This document shows, one piece after another, positions 33,405-43,058 of a stretch of DNA of 64,000 nucleotides. Each line of letters begins with the position of its first letter. Positions within the stretch are counted from its first letter, which is position 1. A model generated the notes under the pieces. It searched no databases. It saw only the letters and a program-made list of their open reading frames with translations, and had not been told where the DNA came from. Location: the NCBI GenBank assembly GCA_963662585.1, contig OY759729.1:1984001-2048000 (forward strand), given 5' to 3'. Both the position numbers and the translations under genes were made by a program. Source of the stretch: Candidatus Cloacimonadales bacterium. GTDB lineage: Bacteria; Cloacimonadota; Cloacimonadia; Cloacimonadales; JAFGVF01.

Positions 33405-34033
33405 AAAAAATAATTATATTACTACTATTAGTCTTATTGCTAATGGGCTGTTCTTCACTTAAAGAATTAACTAATAGACAGAAAGAAGAACTTGTTAGAG
33501 CCAATCTTTCTTACTTGAATAAATTTAAGTCTGAAGGTGTACTCGAAGTTTCTATCAAAGGTTTTTCTCTTAAAAAAGAGTTTGTTCTCAAGAAAAATCA
33601 GAATAGCCTCAGATTAGATGTCATAGATTCAGGTATTTTTTCTTTACTACCTTCCCCTTTTGCTACACTTTTTGCCAAGGATAATATCGTTATTACCAAC
33701 TATAATAAAGGCTTGCTCCCTGATTTAGTTTTAGATAAATTTCCTCTGAAAGAGTTTTTAGATTTAGAAAAACTACCTCAAGGCATAATCGACGAAATAG
33801 TTAAAAATAGAAAATTCGCTCTTGCTATTATTCAGTTTGAATTTGATGAGCTTTATAGAATGAATAAAATATTGCTTAATAAGGATGTTATTTCCTTTAA
33901 ATATAATGGACTCGATTTAACAGGAATTGAATTAAATTCTGCAAAAGCTGATGTAAAAATAGATTTTGATAGTTTTGAAACAGGAGATTATCCTATTAAT
34001 CCACTAGAATTAAAAAATAATATAATAGATTAG
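33401..34033 (+). CDS. Hypothetical lipoprotein
   Basis: MKK plus hydrophobic stretch and LMGC lipobox; ATGA overlap with the lgt stop. Confidence 0.75.
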   Translation: MKKIIILLLLVLLLMGCSSLKELTNRQKEELVRANLSYLNKFKSEGVLEVSIKGFSLKKEFVLKKNQNSLRLDVIDSGIFSLLPSPFATLFAKDNIVITNYNKGLLPDLVLDKFPLKEFLDLEKLPQGIIDEIVKNRKFALAIIQFEFDELYRMNKILLNKDVISFKYNGLDLTGIELNSAKADVKIDFDSFETGDYPINPLELKNNIID

Positions 34034-34041
34034 GAGTTGAA

Positions 34042-35340
34042 ATGATTGAAAGATATTCCCGCCCTGAAATGACAAATATTTGGGGAATGCAGAATCGCTA
34101 TCAATGTTGGTTGGATGTGGAGATAGCTGCTTGTAAAGCTATGAATGAAAAAGGGATTATCCCTTCAGAAGATTTAAAGAATATTGTTGAAAAGGCTGAT
34201 TTTAAGGTTGAAAGAATAGACGAAATTGAACTTACTACCAAACACGATATTATTGCTTTCTTGACTAATGTTGCAGAGTTCGTAGGTCCATCTTCTCGCT
34301 GGATTCATTATGGAATGACTTCCTCAGATGTCCTAGACACAGCTACTGCCTTGCAGTGTAAACAAGCAGGACAGCTTATTCTGGGAGAATTAGAAGTATT
34401 TGCTGAAACACTTAGACTAAAAGCGATTAAATATAAAGATACTGTTTCTATCGGTCGCTCTCATGGTATTCACGCAGAACCTACCTCCTTTGGTTTAAAA
34501 TTTACCCTCTGGTTTGATGAAATTAATCGTAATATCGCTAGAATGAAAAGAGCTATTGATGTTATTTCGGTTGGTCAAATATCCGGAGCTGTAGGTAACT
34601 ATGCTCATCTCTCTCCTGAGATCGAAGAACTAGCTTGTAAGCACTTAGATCTAAAACCGGTTAATATCTCTACTCAGGTAATTCAACGCGACAGACATGC
34701 CGAATTCCTCACTACCTTAGCTCTTATTGCTTCTGCTATTGAAAAGATAGCAGTTGAAATTAGGCACTTGCAAAGAACAGAAGTTAGAGAAGCTGAAGAA
34801 AGATTCACTAAAGGTCAAAAAGGTTCTTCTGCTATGCCTCATAAAAGAAACCCTATTGTGACTGAACAAATGACAGGTCTAGCTAGACTTATCAGATCAA
34901 ATGCAATGGCTTCCTTGGAAAACAATGCTCTTTGGCATGAAAGAGATATTTCTCACTCTTCAGTAGAAAGAATTATTCTGCCAGATTCAACTATCTTAAT
35001 CCACTATATGCTTGGGAAAATGATTAAATTAATCGATAACTTAGCTGTTTATGAAGAGAATATTAAAAAGAATTTAGAGCTTACAGGAGGCTTAGTCTTC
35101 TCTCAAGTTCTTTTGCTAAAACTTGCTTCTCGCGGGGTTTCTCGTGAAGATAGTTACGCTATGGTGCAAGGAAATGCTATGAAAGCTTGGGAAGAAGGAG
35201 CTAACTTCAAAGAATTAATTCTTAATGACCAAGCCATTATGAGCGTGATTTCTAAAGAAGATTTTGATGAAGTATTCTCTTATGATAGATATATTCAAAA
35301 TGTTGATTTTATCTTGAAAAGAAGTGGTGTAATTAAATAA
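34042..35340 (+). CDS. purB: Adenylosuccinate lyase
   Basis: MIERYSRPEM, HYGMTSSD, GRSHGIHAEP, GSSAMPHKRNP, WHERDISHSS. Confidence 0.97.
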   Translation: MIERYSRPEMTNIWGMQNRYQCWLDVEIAACKAMNEKGIIPSEDLKNIVEKADFKVERIDEIELTTKHDIIAFLTNVAEFVGPSSRWIHYGMTSSDVLDTATALQCKQAGQLILGELEVFAETLRLKAIKYKDTVSIGRSHGIHAEPTSFGLKFTLWFDEINRNIARMKRAIDVISVGQISGAVGNYAHLSPEIEELACKHLDLKPVNISTQVIQRDRHAEFLTTLALIASAIEKIAVEIRHLQRTEVREAEERFTKGQKGSSAMPHKRNPIVTEQMTGLARLIRSNAMASLENNALWHERDISHSSVERIILPDSTILIHYMLGKMIKLIDNLAVYEENIKKNLELTGGLVFSQVLLLKLASRGVSREDSYAMVQGNAMKAWEEGANFKELILNDQAIMSVISKEDFDEVFSYDRYIQNVDFILKRSGVIK

Positions 35341-35363
35341 TTATAACTAAAAATAGAATATCT

Positions 35364-35392
35364 AAGGGCGTAGAAATATACGCCCTTATTTT
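35364..35392 (+). terminator. Hairpin/terminator after purB
   Basis: AAGGGCGTA-loop-TACGCCCTT then ATTTT; resembles the GGCGTA...TACGCCCCTAC hairpin at 49943-49965. Confidence 0.65.
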
Positions 35393-35504
35393 AATATAAA
35401 CTTGAATTGGAAGTTTGGCAAGGTCATGATAATAAATATTCTTGCCAAAAAAACTAACATCTATATTATATCATGCAATGAATAAATAGAATAAAGAGGT
35501 AAAG

Positions 35505-36953
35505 ATGAAATATTCCAATGATGCAATAACTCAAGGTGTATTAGAAATTTTTGAAGCTATAAATAGAATTCCTAGAAAATCTAAAAATGAAGAGAAAATC
35601 TCTCAATGGTTACTAAACTGGGGAGTTGAACACGGATTTATGTCAGAAATGGACCAAGTCCGTAATGTATTAATCAGAGTTCCAGCAACTCCCGGTTATG
35701 AAGATAAGCCAGTAGTTACCCTTCAAGGACACATGGACATGGTGTGTGTTAAAGATCCTGAAGTAGTGCATGACTTCTTTAAAGATCCAATTACTATGAA
35801 AGTCGAAGATGGTTGGCTAAAAGCTAATGGAACAACTTTAGGTGCTGATAATGGTATCGCTTTAGCAATTGCTATGTACCTTGCTACTGATAAAAATGCT
35901 AAGCATGGTGCTTTAGAACTCCTCTTTACTGTGGATGAAGAAACAGGTCTTACTGGTGCTGCAGCCGTTAAAGAAGGATGGCTTGCTGGTAAATATTTGC
36001 TTAACATAGATTCAGAAGATGAAGGTGTCTTTACTATCGGTTGCGCAGGTGGAGAAGAAACAAAACTCTACTACCAGCTAGAATTAACAGAGCCAACAGA
36101 AGGTTTTAAAGCTATGCAACTTAAGGTTTCTAAGCTTATGGGTGGACACTCAGGTGTGATGATTACTGAGCAACAAGCGAACGCTATTCAAATTGCTAAC
36201 CGTGTAATTATAGAATTAGATTCAGCCTGTGATATTGAAATCTCTAACTATCACGGTGGTATCGCTCATAATGCAGTTCCACATAATGCTGAAATTGATT
36301 TCTACATTAACCCAGACGATATTGAAGATGCTAAAGAAATTATTGCCGAATGCCAAGAAACTATGAGAAAAGAGTTCATTACTTCTGACCCTAATATGAC
36401 TTTTGAGTTATTAGAAGTCCAAAGAAAAGAGCAAGTCTTTACCCGTGAATTTGCAACTAAAATTGTGCAAGTATTAGCTGTCTTCCCTCACGGTATCTTT
36501 AGAATGTCTAAACAGATTAAAGATTTAGTAGAAACTTCAAACAACTTGGCTCTTATCAATACTGCTGATGACCAAATAACAATTACCTCTTCTCAAAGAT
36601 CTTCTGTTATGTCTATGCTTCAAGTACTTACTGATAAAATCCACTTCTTAGGATTCTTAACAGGTGCTAAAGTTGAAAACAGGGATCCTTATAACGCTTG
36701 GGAACCTATCTGGGACTCAAATCTTCTTGATAAAACTAAGGCTACTTATAAGAAAATAACAGGTCATGAACCAGTTATTGAAGTTATTCATGCTGGTTTA
36801 GAATGTGGCTTGATTGGTAGCAAATACCCTGAAATGGAAATGATTTCTATGGGACCAACTATCAGAAATGTTCATACTCCTAGAGAAGAACTTCTTATCG
36901 AAGATATTGCTAAAATCTATACTTTTATTAAAGAATTGTTGTTGGTGGTATAG
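35505..36953 (+). CDS. pepD: Aminoacyl-histidine dipeptidase (M20)
   Basis: LQGHMDMV, TTLGADNGI, TVDEETGLTGA, NIDSEDEG, IHAGLECG, HTPRE. Confidence 0.95.
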   Translation: MKYSNDAITQGVLEIFEAINRIPRKSKNEEKISQWLLNWGVEHGFMSEMDQVRNVLIRVPATPGYEDKPVVTLQGHMDMVCVKDPEVVHDFFKDPITMKVEDGWLKANGTTLGADNGIALAIAMYLATDKNAKHGALELLFTVDEETGLTGAAAVKEGWLAGKYLLNIDSEDEGVFTIGCAGGEETKLYYQLELTEPTEGFKAMQLKVSKLMGGHSGVMITEQQANAIQIANRVIIELDSACDIEISNYHGGIAHNAVPHNAEIDFYINPDDIEDAKEIIAECQETMRKEFITSDPNMTFELLEVQRKEQVFTREFATKIVQVLAVFPHGIFRMSKQIKDLVETSNNLALINTADDQITITSSQRSSVMSMLQVLTDKIHFLGFLTGAKVENRDPYNAWEPIWDSNLLDKTKATYKKITGHEPVIEVIHAGLECGLIGSKYPEMEMISMGPTIRNVHTPREELLIEDIAKIYTFIKELLLVV

Positions 36954-37023
36954 AAGATAAAAGAACTTAGTCACCGATAACACTGATTATCACGGGTAAT
37001 AGAAAATATTCACTAAGTTATAG

Positions 37024-37044
37024 GGGCAACTTTTATGGTTGCCC
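37024..37044. repeat. GTAG-type REP-like hairpin, also a plausible bidirectional terminator
   Basis: (TAG)GGGCAAC-TTTTATG-GTTGCCC; inverted near-copy at 39203-39224. Confidence 0.65.
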
Positions 37045-37916
37045 TATTTTGCTTGGGTTAAATATGCTTCTGTGATATTAACAAAGAAATCTTCTGACCA
37101 CAGTTGCAACTTCTCACCATCTTTGATGAAGGGAAGAACATCTTGTTTAGCTTGCTCATAATCTATATTATGAAACTTCTCTTGCAACATTTCAAGTAAG
37201 ACTTGATTCGACATAGTTGAATCTTGCGCCAAATGACCAGACTGCTTCATCCGTGCTTGGAGATGTTTTAGATTAAGTGGTGATGATTTTGACAGATACC
37301 AAACGAAATCATAGAGATCTCTTCCTTTAATTCTTGTTTTCCAAGCTCTACAAAGTAAAGCATGTAATTTGCCAGCAAAAAGTGATGATTCAGAGAATAG
37401 TTTTACAGAAAAGGGAATGGGATTAAGTAGGTATTTTACCTCATACTCACCATATTGAGGAGGATTTATATCTACTTCTAACTTGATTTTTAGCTGTTCA
37501 TTATGATTTATAGGCAGTCTATTAAATTTATCAGGGGTTATTCTCAGCAGATTTACCACAGTATTCCCTTTGATAAAGGCAGACATTACATCACTTTCCT
37601 TAGCTTTCTTCTTTTGCTCTGCTTTCATTTCAAAGCCATAAGCAGCTAATTCAGTTTCTATAAACTTCAGGTATTTATTCAAGTCAAAATTACTATCTGC
37701 TTCATATAAAGAGAAATCTAAATCCTCAGAGAATCTATCTAAGCCATAAAAGATTCTTAAGGCAGTTCCTCCATAAAAAGCAGCCTTAGTATAGAAGTTC
37801 CCACGAAACAATCCTAATAAAGCAATCTCTTGAACAATCTCTTTCAAGGCATTTTTCTTTTCTTCTATTGTATTGGCTTCATACTTGGCTAACATTGTAT
37901 GAATAGGATTCATCAT
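37044..37916 (-). CDS. Type IV toxin-antitoxin toxin, AbiEii/AbiGii nucleotidyltransferase
   Basis: AFYGGTALRIFYGLDRFSEDLDFS, KLEVD, KLHALLCR, KGRDLYD. Start placed at the ATGA overlap with the antitoxin stop, after an AAAGGAG RBS. Confidence 0.92.
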   Translation of the reverse strand: MMNPIHTMLAKYEANTIEEKKNALKEIVQEIALLGLFRGNFYTKAAFYGGTALRIFYGLDRFSEDLDFSLYEADSNFDLNKYLKFIETELAAYGFEMKAEQKKKAKESDVMSAFIKGNTVVNLLRITPDKFNRLPINHNEQLKIKLEVDINPPQYGEYEVKYLLNPIPFSVKLFSESSLFAGKLHALLCRAWKTRIKGRDLYDFVWYLSKSSPLNLKHLQARMKQSGHLAQDSTMSNQVLLEMLQEKFHNIDYEQAKQDVLPFIKDGEKLQLWSEDFFVNITEAYLTQAK

Positions 37917-38503
37917 GATAATTGCTCCTTTTCTAACCATATAGCAAATTCTCCACAAATATTCCTCTTATAATCTGGAGCTACCTGCTTGACCATCTCT
38001 AAATCTAATGTCTTTATAAGCTCTTCATCTAACCGTAAATCATCATAAAGAAGCTCTTCTATAGAATTATCATATTTTGATATTCTATAGAGTGTATCAA
38101 GCAGAGCTTTCTCAGGAATAGCAATAAGGAAAGAGTGGTCTCCCTCAGTAATCTTATCAACTCCCCAAGGAAATACTAAATCAGGAACATGATAATAATG
38201 AAAACTACCTATCTTAGTAGTATAAGTCTTTGTCTTATTCTTCTGAAAGGAAGCATTCATAACAAGATGAACCTTTTCTGGTATTAATCCATAATACGAC
38301 AAAGCACTTTCAAAAGATATATATGATGGACCATACAAAGTATTAGCAATTTCAAACAAGGAATGCCCCTCGGGCTTACTATCTAAATATAAGCCTCGTC
38401 TGAGTTGAATCAACTCCTCACTCTCTAGTAACCTGGTAATCTTAGCTTTAGGAGATGCGAAATCCCTAAGCTTATCTAACAAATCAGTATGAGTTATAAT
38501 CAT
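37913..38503 (-). CDS. Type IV toxin-antitoxin antitoxin, AbiEi family
   Basis: LIQLRRGLY, PSYISFESALSYYGLIPE, PEKALLD. ATG 38503 follows a GGAGGA RBS. Confidence 0.9.
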   Translation of the reverse strand: MIITHTDLLDKLRDFASPKAKITRLLESEELIQLRRGLYLDSKPEGHSLFEIANTLYGPSYISFESALSYYGLIPEKVHLVMNASFQKNKTKTYTTKIGSFHYYHVPDLVFPWGVDKITEGDHSFLIAIPEKALLDTLYRISKYDNSIEELLYDDLRLDEELIKTLDLEMVKQVAPDYKRNICGEFAIWLEKEQLS

Positions 38504-38507
38504 CACT

Positions 38508-38551
38508 TCCTCCAGTAAGTACATTTAATTGTACTTGCCGGAGGATGTCAA
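38508..38551 (-). promoter_or_regulatory. Putative AbiEi operator (inverted repeat) inside the TA promoter
   Basis: TCCTCCAGTAAGTACA-N6-TGTACTTGCCGGAGGA (14/16) abutting a minus-strand TTGACA at 38546-38551. Confidence 0.7.
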
Positions 38552-38645
38552 GATGTTTTCTTGTACTTTTTATAATTTCCCAAAATACCAAAAAAGAAAA
38601 AACAAAATTTAACATATATTCAAACTATTTTCAATAATAATAAAA

Positions 38646-39176
38646 GGCTCTTGTTCGAGTCTGGTGGAAATTATTAAGCATTTCCTTGCACCTTATTATT
38701 GTATTACAGTAAGTTAGGGCTTATAGTATACAAGAAATAGAAGATTTTATGCTAAATAAGACTTAATCCTGACTTGTGAGGGCCTAGCTTTAGCGAAGAT
38801 CAAAGGATAATTCTTATATCCCTAGCGGGGATTAATAGATTAGCCCAGGGTAAAATCCTGACTTGTGAGGGCGTAGCTTTTAAGCGAAGACTCAAGGGAT
38901 TGCAACCCTGGGCTATGATGTACACAAAAAGTGTAACCCTGTAAGGGTTTAATAATAATGTATATACAAAGGTTTTATTATATAAATCAGTTACTCTTCT
39001 ATTAAACCCTTACAGGGTTATGTGCGTATTTTTGGATATTGTACCTGGGGTGACGATCCCTATAGGATCTTACCCCAGGCTAATCTATTAATCCCTTTCA
39101 GGGATATTTTAACCATTATTATTAACTAAACTGTTTCGTTATAAATTCATCTTTCCACCAGACTTGAACTTGAGCC
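38646..39176. mobile_element. Non-autonomous MITE, ISL3-like ends, 531 bp
   Basis: 25-bp terminal IRs GGCTCTTGTTCGAGTCTGGTGGAAA / GGCTCAAGTTCAAGTCTGGTGGAAA (22/25); 8-bp direct repeat TAATAAAA at 38638-38645 and 39177-39184; no transposase ORF. Confidence 0.85.
38816..39107. repeat. REPIN-like large dyad (family 2, complete form) nested in the MITE
   Basis: Outer arms 38816-38853 / 39070-39107 (32/38); perfect inner 21-bp IR 38934-38954 / 39000-39020; 45-bp central spacer. Confidence 0.85.
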
Positions 39177-39202
39177 TAATAAAAGCAATCAAACACAATA
39201 AT

Positions 39203-39224
39203 GGGCAACCATAAGAGATTGCCC
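39203..39224. repeat. REP-like hairpin, possible terminator for the tldD/E operon
   Basis: GGGCAACCATAAGAGATTGCCC; first 12 nt identical to the reverse complement of the 37024-37044 hairpin. Confidence 0.6.
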
Positions 39225-39256
39225 ATATTTAAAGATAATATTTCTATCTATTTATT

Positions 39257-40540
39257 TTAGAACCTAGTATTATCCACTAAAGTGAAGTCCTTAATTAGCA
39301 TAGTAGGGATAATTGAATGAGTATCATTAACAACTTGTTTTCCCAGAGCAAGAATCCGTCTTGTCATATCATGAGGAATCTCATTCCAGCGGAAGTTATT
39401 AACAGATTTCTCGACTTTACCATTTTTGAAGTAAAGAACACCGTCACGGGTAAGTCCAGTTAATTCACCACTCTTACCATCAATAACTCTGATATACCAG
39501 AAGCGATTGATAATAAGTCCTTCATCAACCATTTTCATCATATCCTCTTCACTCTTATCACCGCCAGCGATAACAATATTAAAAGGTTGATTAACATACT
39601 TGAGATCATGTTGTTGAGCATAGGATTTTCCGGTTGGAAGATTCATCAAGACACCATCTTTAGCCCACTCAGTATTTTGGTTAAGCAGACCAGAACCATC
39701 AAAGGCTTGTCTCATAATGCGATCATCATCTAAAGTTGAGCACATATCGAAGTCTTTACCAAAGAAATGTTTACCAATTTGATTTGAGAAAGGAGTCATA
39801 CCTAAATCAGCTCCTCTTCTATCCATGAACCAGCTCATGAATGAGAAGATATCAATCACAGCTTGGGGACGAAGAATTACAGGAATCTTGCATGGTAACA
39901 TTTCATTAGCTTTATCAATAGCTTGGAAGTTAGTATTTAACTCAGCGAGCATTGCTTCTATGTCATGAAGTTTCTTTCTAATTACAGATCTTGAAACTCT
40001 AGTTTCTCTTTCATCTTTCTTGATAGTCATGGAATGTTCGAAAATAGTATAATTATTTTCGCCGATAAAACCATTCTTAGTAGTTAGGAATGAGTTTATG
40101 ATATGACGAGAAACCATACCGGAAACCACGGCATCTTGTTCTAAAGCGTTATCTACACATCTTTTGATAATAACTAAGTGATCTTCAACTGTAAGGTCAG
40201 CAATTTCTTGATCGAAGTTATTATAATCAAGAAACTCTTTAGCTCCTTCAGAAGGAATATACTCTTTGTCTTCTGAAGTATGAAGAGCGATAGTTTTAGC
40301 ATTAGCTAATCTTTCTAAGATAAAATATTCGTCAAGTTGGTCTATAGAAACGGATCCACTCTTGGAACCATAATATAAAGTTACATCAATAGAGAACTTA
40401 ACCCCAGACATATTTTGAGTGATTCTATTTTGAGCAAAACGAGTATCTAAAGAGTCTTTAACTCTTGCTTCTATAGCATAATCATCAGCGTCTATGTTTT
40501 TCTTGATAAAGTCAATAGTAGTTTTAAGTTTGTTTATCAT
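39257..40540 (-). CDS. TldE/PmbA-like modulator subunit
   Basis: TRFAQNRITQN, PVILRPQAV, GLIINRFWYIR, TGLTRDG, NFRWNE; lacks HExxxH; ATGA-coupled to tldD. Confidence 0.88.
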   Translation of the reverse strand: MINKLKTTIDFIKKNIDADDYAIEARVKDSLDTRFAQNRITQNMSGVKFSIDVTLYYGSKSGSVSIDQLDEYFILERLANAKTIALHTSEDKEYIPSEGAKEFLDYNNFDQEIADLTVEDHLVIIKRCVDNALEQDAVVSGMVSRHIINSFLTTKNGFIGENNYTIFEHSMTIKKDERETRVSRSVIRKKLHDIEAMLAELNTNFQAIDKANEMLPCKIPVILRPQAVIDIFSFMSWFMDRRGADLGMTPFSNQIGKHFFGKDFDMCSTLDDDRIMRQAFDGSGLLNQNTEWAKDGVLMNLPTGKSYAQQHDLKYVNQPFNIVIAGGDKSEEDMMKMVDEGLIINRFWYIRVIDGKSGELTGLTRDGVLYFKNGKVEKSVNNFRWNEIPHDMTRRILALGKQVVNDTHSIIPTMLIKDFTLVDNTRF

Positions 40541-41979
40541 TTTGAACCTCCTACCATGATATTTCTAAAGAGTGTTGGAGAAGCTCCGTGAGTCATTCTG
40601 CCAGTTTGCCCTGGCTGACCTTTTCCACAATTATTAACACCCCAAGATTTCCAGAAGCGTTTATCAGCAATAGCTTCTACACTATTCCAGAATTCCGGAT
40701 TATTTGATCTGTAAAGAATCTTTTTAAGAGGTCTAGTTCTCTTACCATTCTTGATTTCCCAGAACATATCTCCACCAAATTGGAAGTTTATTCTATGTTG
40801 GTCAATAGAGAAAGAACCTTGTCCTTCAATCATTACACCTTCATCTACTGCAGAGATTAGGTCATTAGGACTACACTCTTCCTTACCAGGCTCCATATAA
40901 AGGTTAGGTATTCTGTTAATCGGCATATCATAGTAGTTAGTTGCTCTATTACAGCCACGACTAAGTGTCTGACCAATAAATGAAGCAGTATCACGGGTTG
41001 TACCATATTCATTAAGAATACCATCTTTGATAATTTGCCACTCTTGATTTGGTACACCATCATCATCATAACCAGCAGTTGCCATACCACCAGCTAACTT
41101 ATTATTGGCAGTAAAGTTAACTATTTTAGCACCATATTGATAGTTTTTGAGCTTTTCAGGAGTAGCAAAAGAGATACCTGCAAAGTCGGCTTCCCAGCCT
41201 AAAACTCTATCTAATTCAGTAGGATGTCCTACAGATTCGTGCATAGTTAGAGCTAAGTGATCTGGATTTAAGACCAAATCACGGCGTTTGTCTCCAGGTA
41301 AAGAATCAGCATTTAGCTTCATAATAGCTTCTCTAGCTACACGATCAGCATTCTCTAACATTCTTAAATCAAGTACATGTTCCCAACCGGCAGCTGTAGC
41401 CCCTGGATTGAAAGAGCGTGATTGGCTATCTTCTGAATTAACTGCTACGGCAGTATAGGAAGGATAGACATAAGTTGTGTCGATGTTAAGATGAGAACCA
41501 TCACTGTTGATTAGTATTTTGTGATCATTTTGAGAAATAACCATAGCTCTAGCTTGTTTTATATCATTATAAGAAAGCAGAGTCCTATTAATTTCTAAGA
41601 GCATATCGATTTTTTCTTTAGGGCTTACTGAAAATGGATCGATACAGACTGGAGTTTTGTAAGTATCTATATAGCCTCTTTCAGGAGTAAGTTGTAATTT
41701 GAAGTTTTTATTTATTTCAGATGAAGCTAAGGCAATATTAAAAGCTGACTTAACAGTGTCTATTATTGCATCTTTAGTGAAGATCTTATTATGAGCAAAG
41801 CCCCAGGCTCCATTTTTGAAGACTCTGATGCCATAACCATAAGAATCATCATTATTGAATCTTTTTACATTGAGGTCACGAACAAATATAAATTCTCGTT
41901 TAGTTCTCTGGATTCTAATATCAGCAAAATCAGCTCCGAGTGAGCGAGCATAATCTATTGCTATCTTTCCTAGTTCCAT
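40537..41979 (-). CDS. tldD: TldD family metalloprotease
   Basis: GADFADIR, GYGIRV..NGAWGFA, HESVGHPTELDR (HExxxH), YDDDGV, CGKGQP. Confidence 0.92.
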   Translation of the reverse strand: MELGKIAIDYARSLGADFADIRIQRTKREFIFVRDLNVKRFNNDDSYGYGIRVFKNGAWGFAHNKIFTKDAIIDTVKSAFNIALASSEINKNFKLQLTPERGYIDTYKTPVCIDPFSVSPKEKIDMLLEINRTLLSYNDIKQARAMVISQNDHKILINSDGSHLNIDTTYVYPSYTAVAVNSEDSQSRSFNPGATAAGWEHVLDLRMLENADRVAREAIMKLNADSLPGDKRRDLVLNPDHLALTMHESVGHPTELDRVLGWEADFAGISFATPEKLKNYQYGAKIVNFTANNKLAGGMATAGYDDDGVPNQEWQIIKDGILNEYGTTRDTASFIGQTLSRGCNRATNYYDMPINRIPNLYMEPGKEECSPNDLISAVDEGVMIEGQGSFSIDQHRINFQFGGDMFWEIKNGKRTRPLKKILYRSNNPEFWNSVEAIADKRFWKSWGVNNCGKGQPGQTGRMTHGASPTLFRNIMVGGSK

Positions 41980-42123
41980 ATATCCTCCACTTTTTTCATT
42001 TATTCAAAACTTAAGTATGCTATTATTAGTGTCAAGTATAATTTTATTAAACTTCGAGTATAGTGAACAGGAGGCTTAAGTAAAACCAAACCCAGGCTAT
42101 TTATGAAGATCTGTCTTTAATAA

Positions 42124-42987
42124 CTATTTCTTTCTGTTAAAATGAAGTCCTAATTTCACCCCAAGATAGAAGTTTAAATCATCAAACTCACTTGTGTTAG
42201 CAATATCTTTTTCCACACCTAAGGCTAGAATAGGGTATAAAGTTCCCATATGCATACTCACATTTGTTTCTAATCCTACAACTTTAAATTCTTCTTCAAG
42301 GGGGATACCAGGAATAGTATTATCTCTTTTAGTATTTCCCAGGCTATAATAAAAGGCTACACTTGGAAAATTCCTTATGGCTGGATCAGATAAGAAACCA
42401 TAGATTAGAGCAGCTTTCATTTCAAGAATATTACCATCGTATTTATCTACAATACCCTCACTTGAAGTTGTGTAGTATTTTCCTTCAGCATATAATGAAA
42501 GTCGATGTGGGTTATCATAATTGGTTAGTAAGCGTTTTAAACCTAACTGAATTCCGAATAAAGAGGTATAGGAATTATTGCTACTATTTGAATTACTTGA
42601 TGTCCCTGAATAACCATTTTCGATTGACCCGGTGAGAAATCCTAACTTAGCTTCTGTAGAATTATCAAATCCGTATCTAAGGTTAAATCCATAAGATCTA
42701 AGGGACTCTTTAACTATTTTTCCAGAGATATAGTGTTCATTATCTGGTGCATCTTCACCGTAATATATAATAAAAGTTTCATTAATTTTATTAATTGAAA
42801 TTGCTTCATCATTAAAGAATTCTATAGTGTAACTAGCTTCATCTATAGGCATCGAATTTTCTCCCAGTCCAACAGTCCTCAACATTGAACTAGTTACCGA
42901 GATATTTCTCTTTGAAACAGTGCTACAACCAGTGAATAAACTACTACTTAAAATAGTTATAAAAAGAATAAAAGTAAGTTTTCTCAT
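42124..42987 (-). CDS. Hypothetical lipoprotein, predicted beta-barrel, paralog 1 of 4
   Basis: Lipobox FTGC; family motifs RTVGLGE, LLT.YDNPH, FPS; C-terminal strand FYLGVKLGLHF. ATG 42987 has a GGGAG RBS. Confidence 0.8.
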   Translation of the reverse strand: MRKLTFILFITILSSSLFTGCSTVSKRNISVTSSMLRTVGLGENSMPIDEASYTIEFFNDEAISINKINETFIIYYGEDAPDNEHYISGKIVKESLRSYGFNLRYGFDNSTEAKLGFLTGSIENGYSGTSSNSNSSNNSYTSLFGIQLGLKRLLTNYDNPHRLSLYAEGKYYTTSSEGIVDKYDGNILEMKAALIYGFLSDPAIRNFPSVAFYYSLGNTKRDNTIPGIPLEEEFKVVGLETNVSMHMGTLYPILALGVEKDIANTSEFDDLNFYLGVKLGLHFNRKK

Positions 42988-43058
42988 GTCTGACTCCCTA
43001 TTAAGTAAAAAGTTCATTTTTTATTTGTTACTAATCAAGGTAATTTATTAATTGAACA

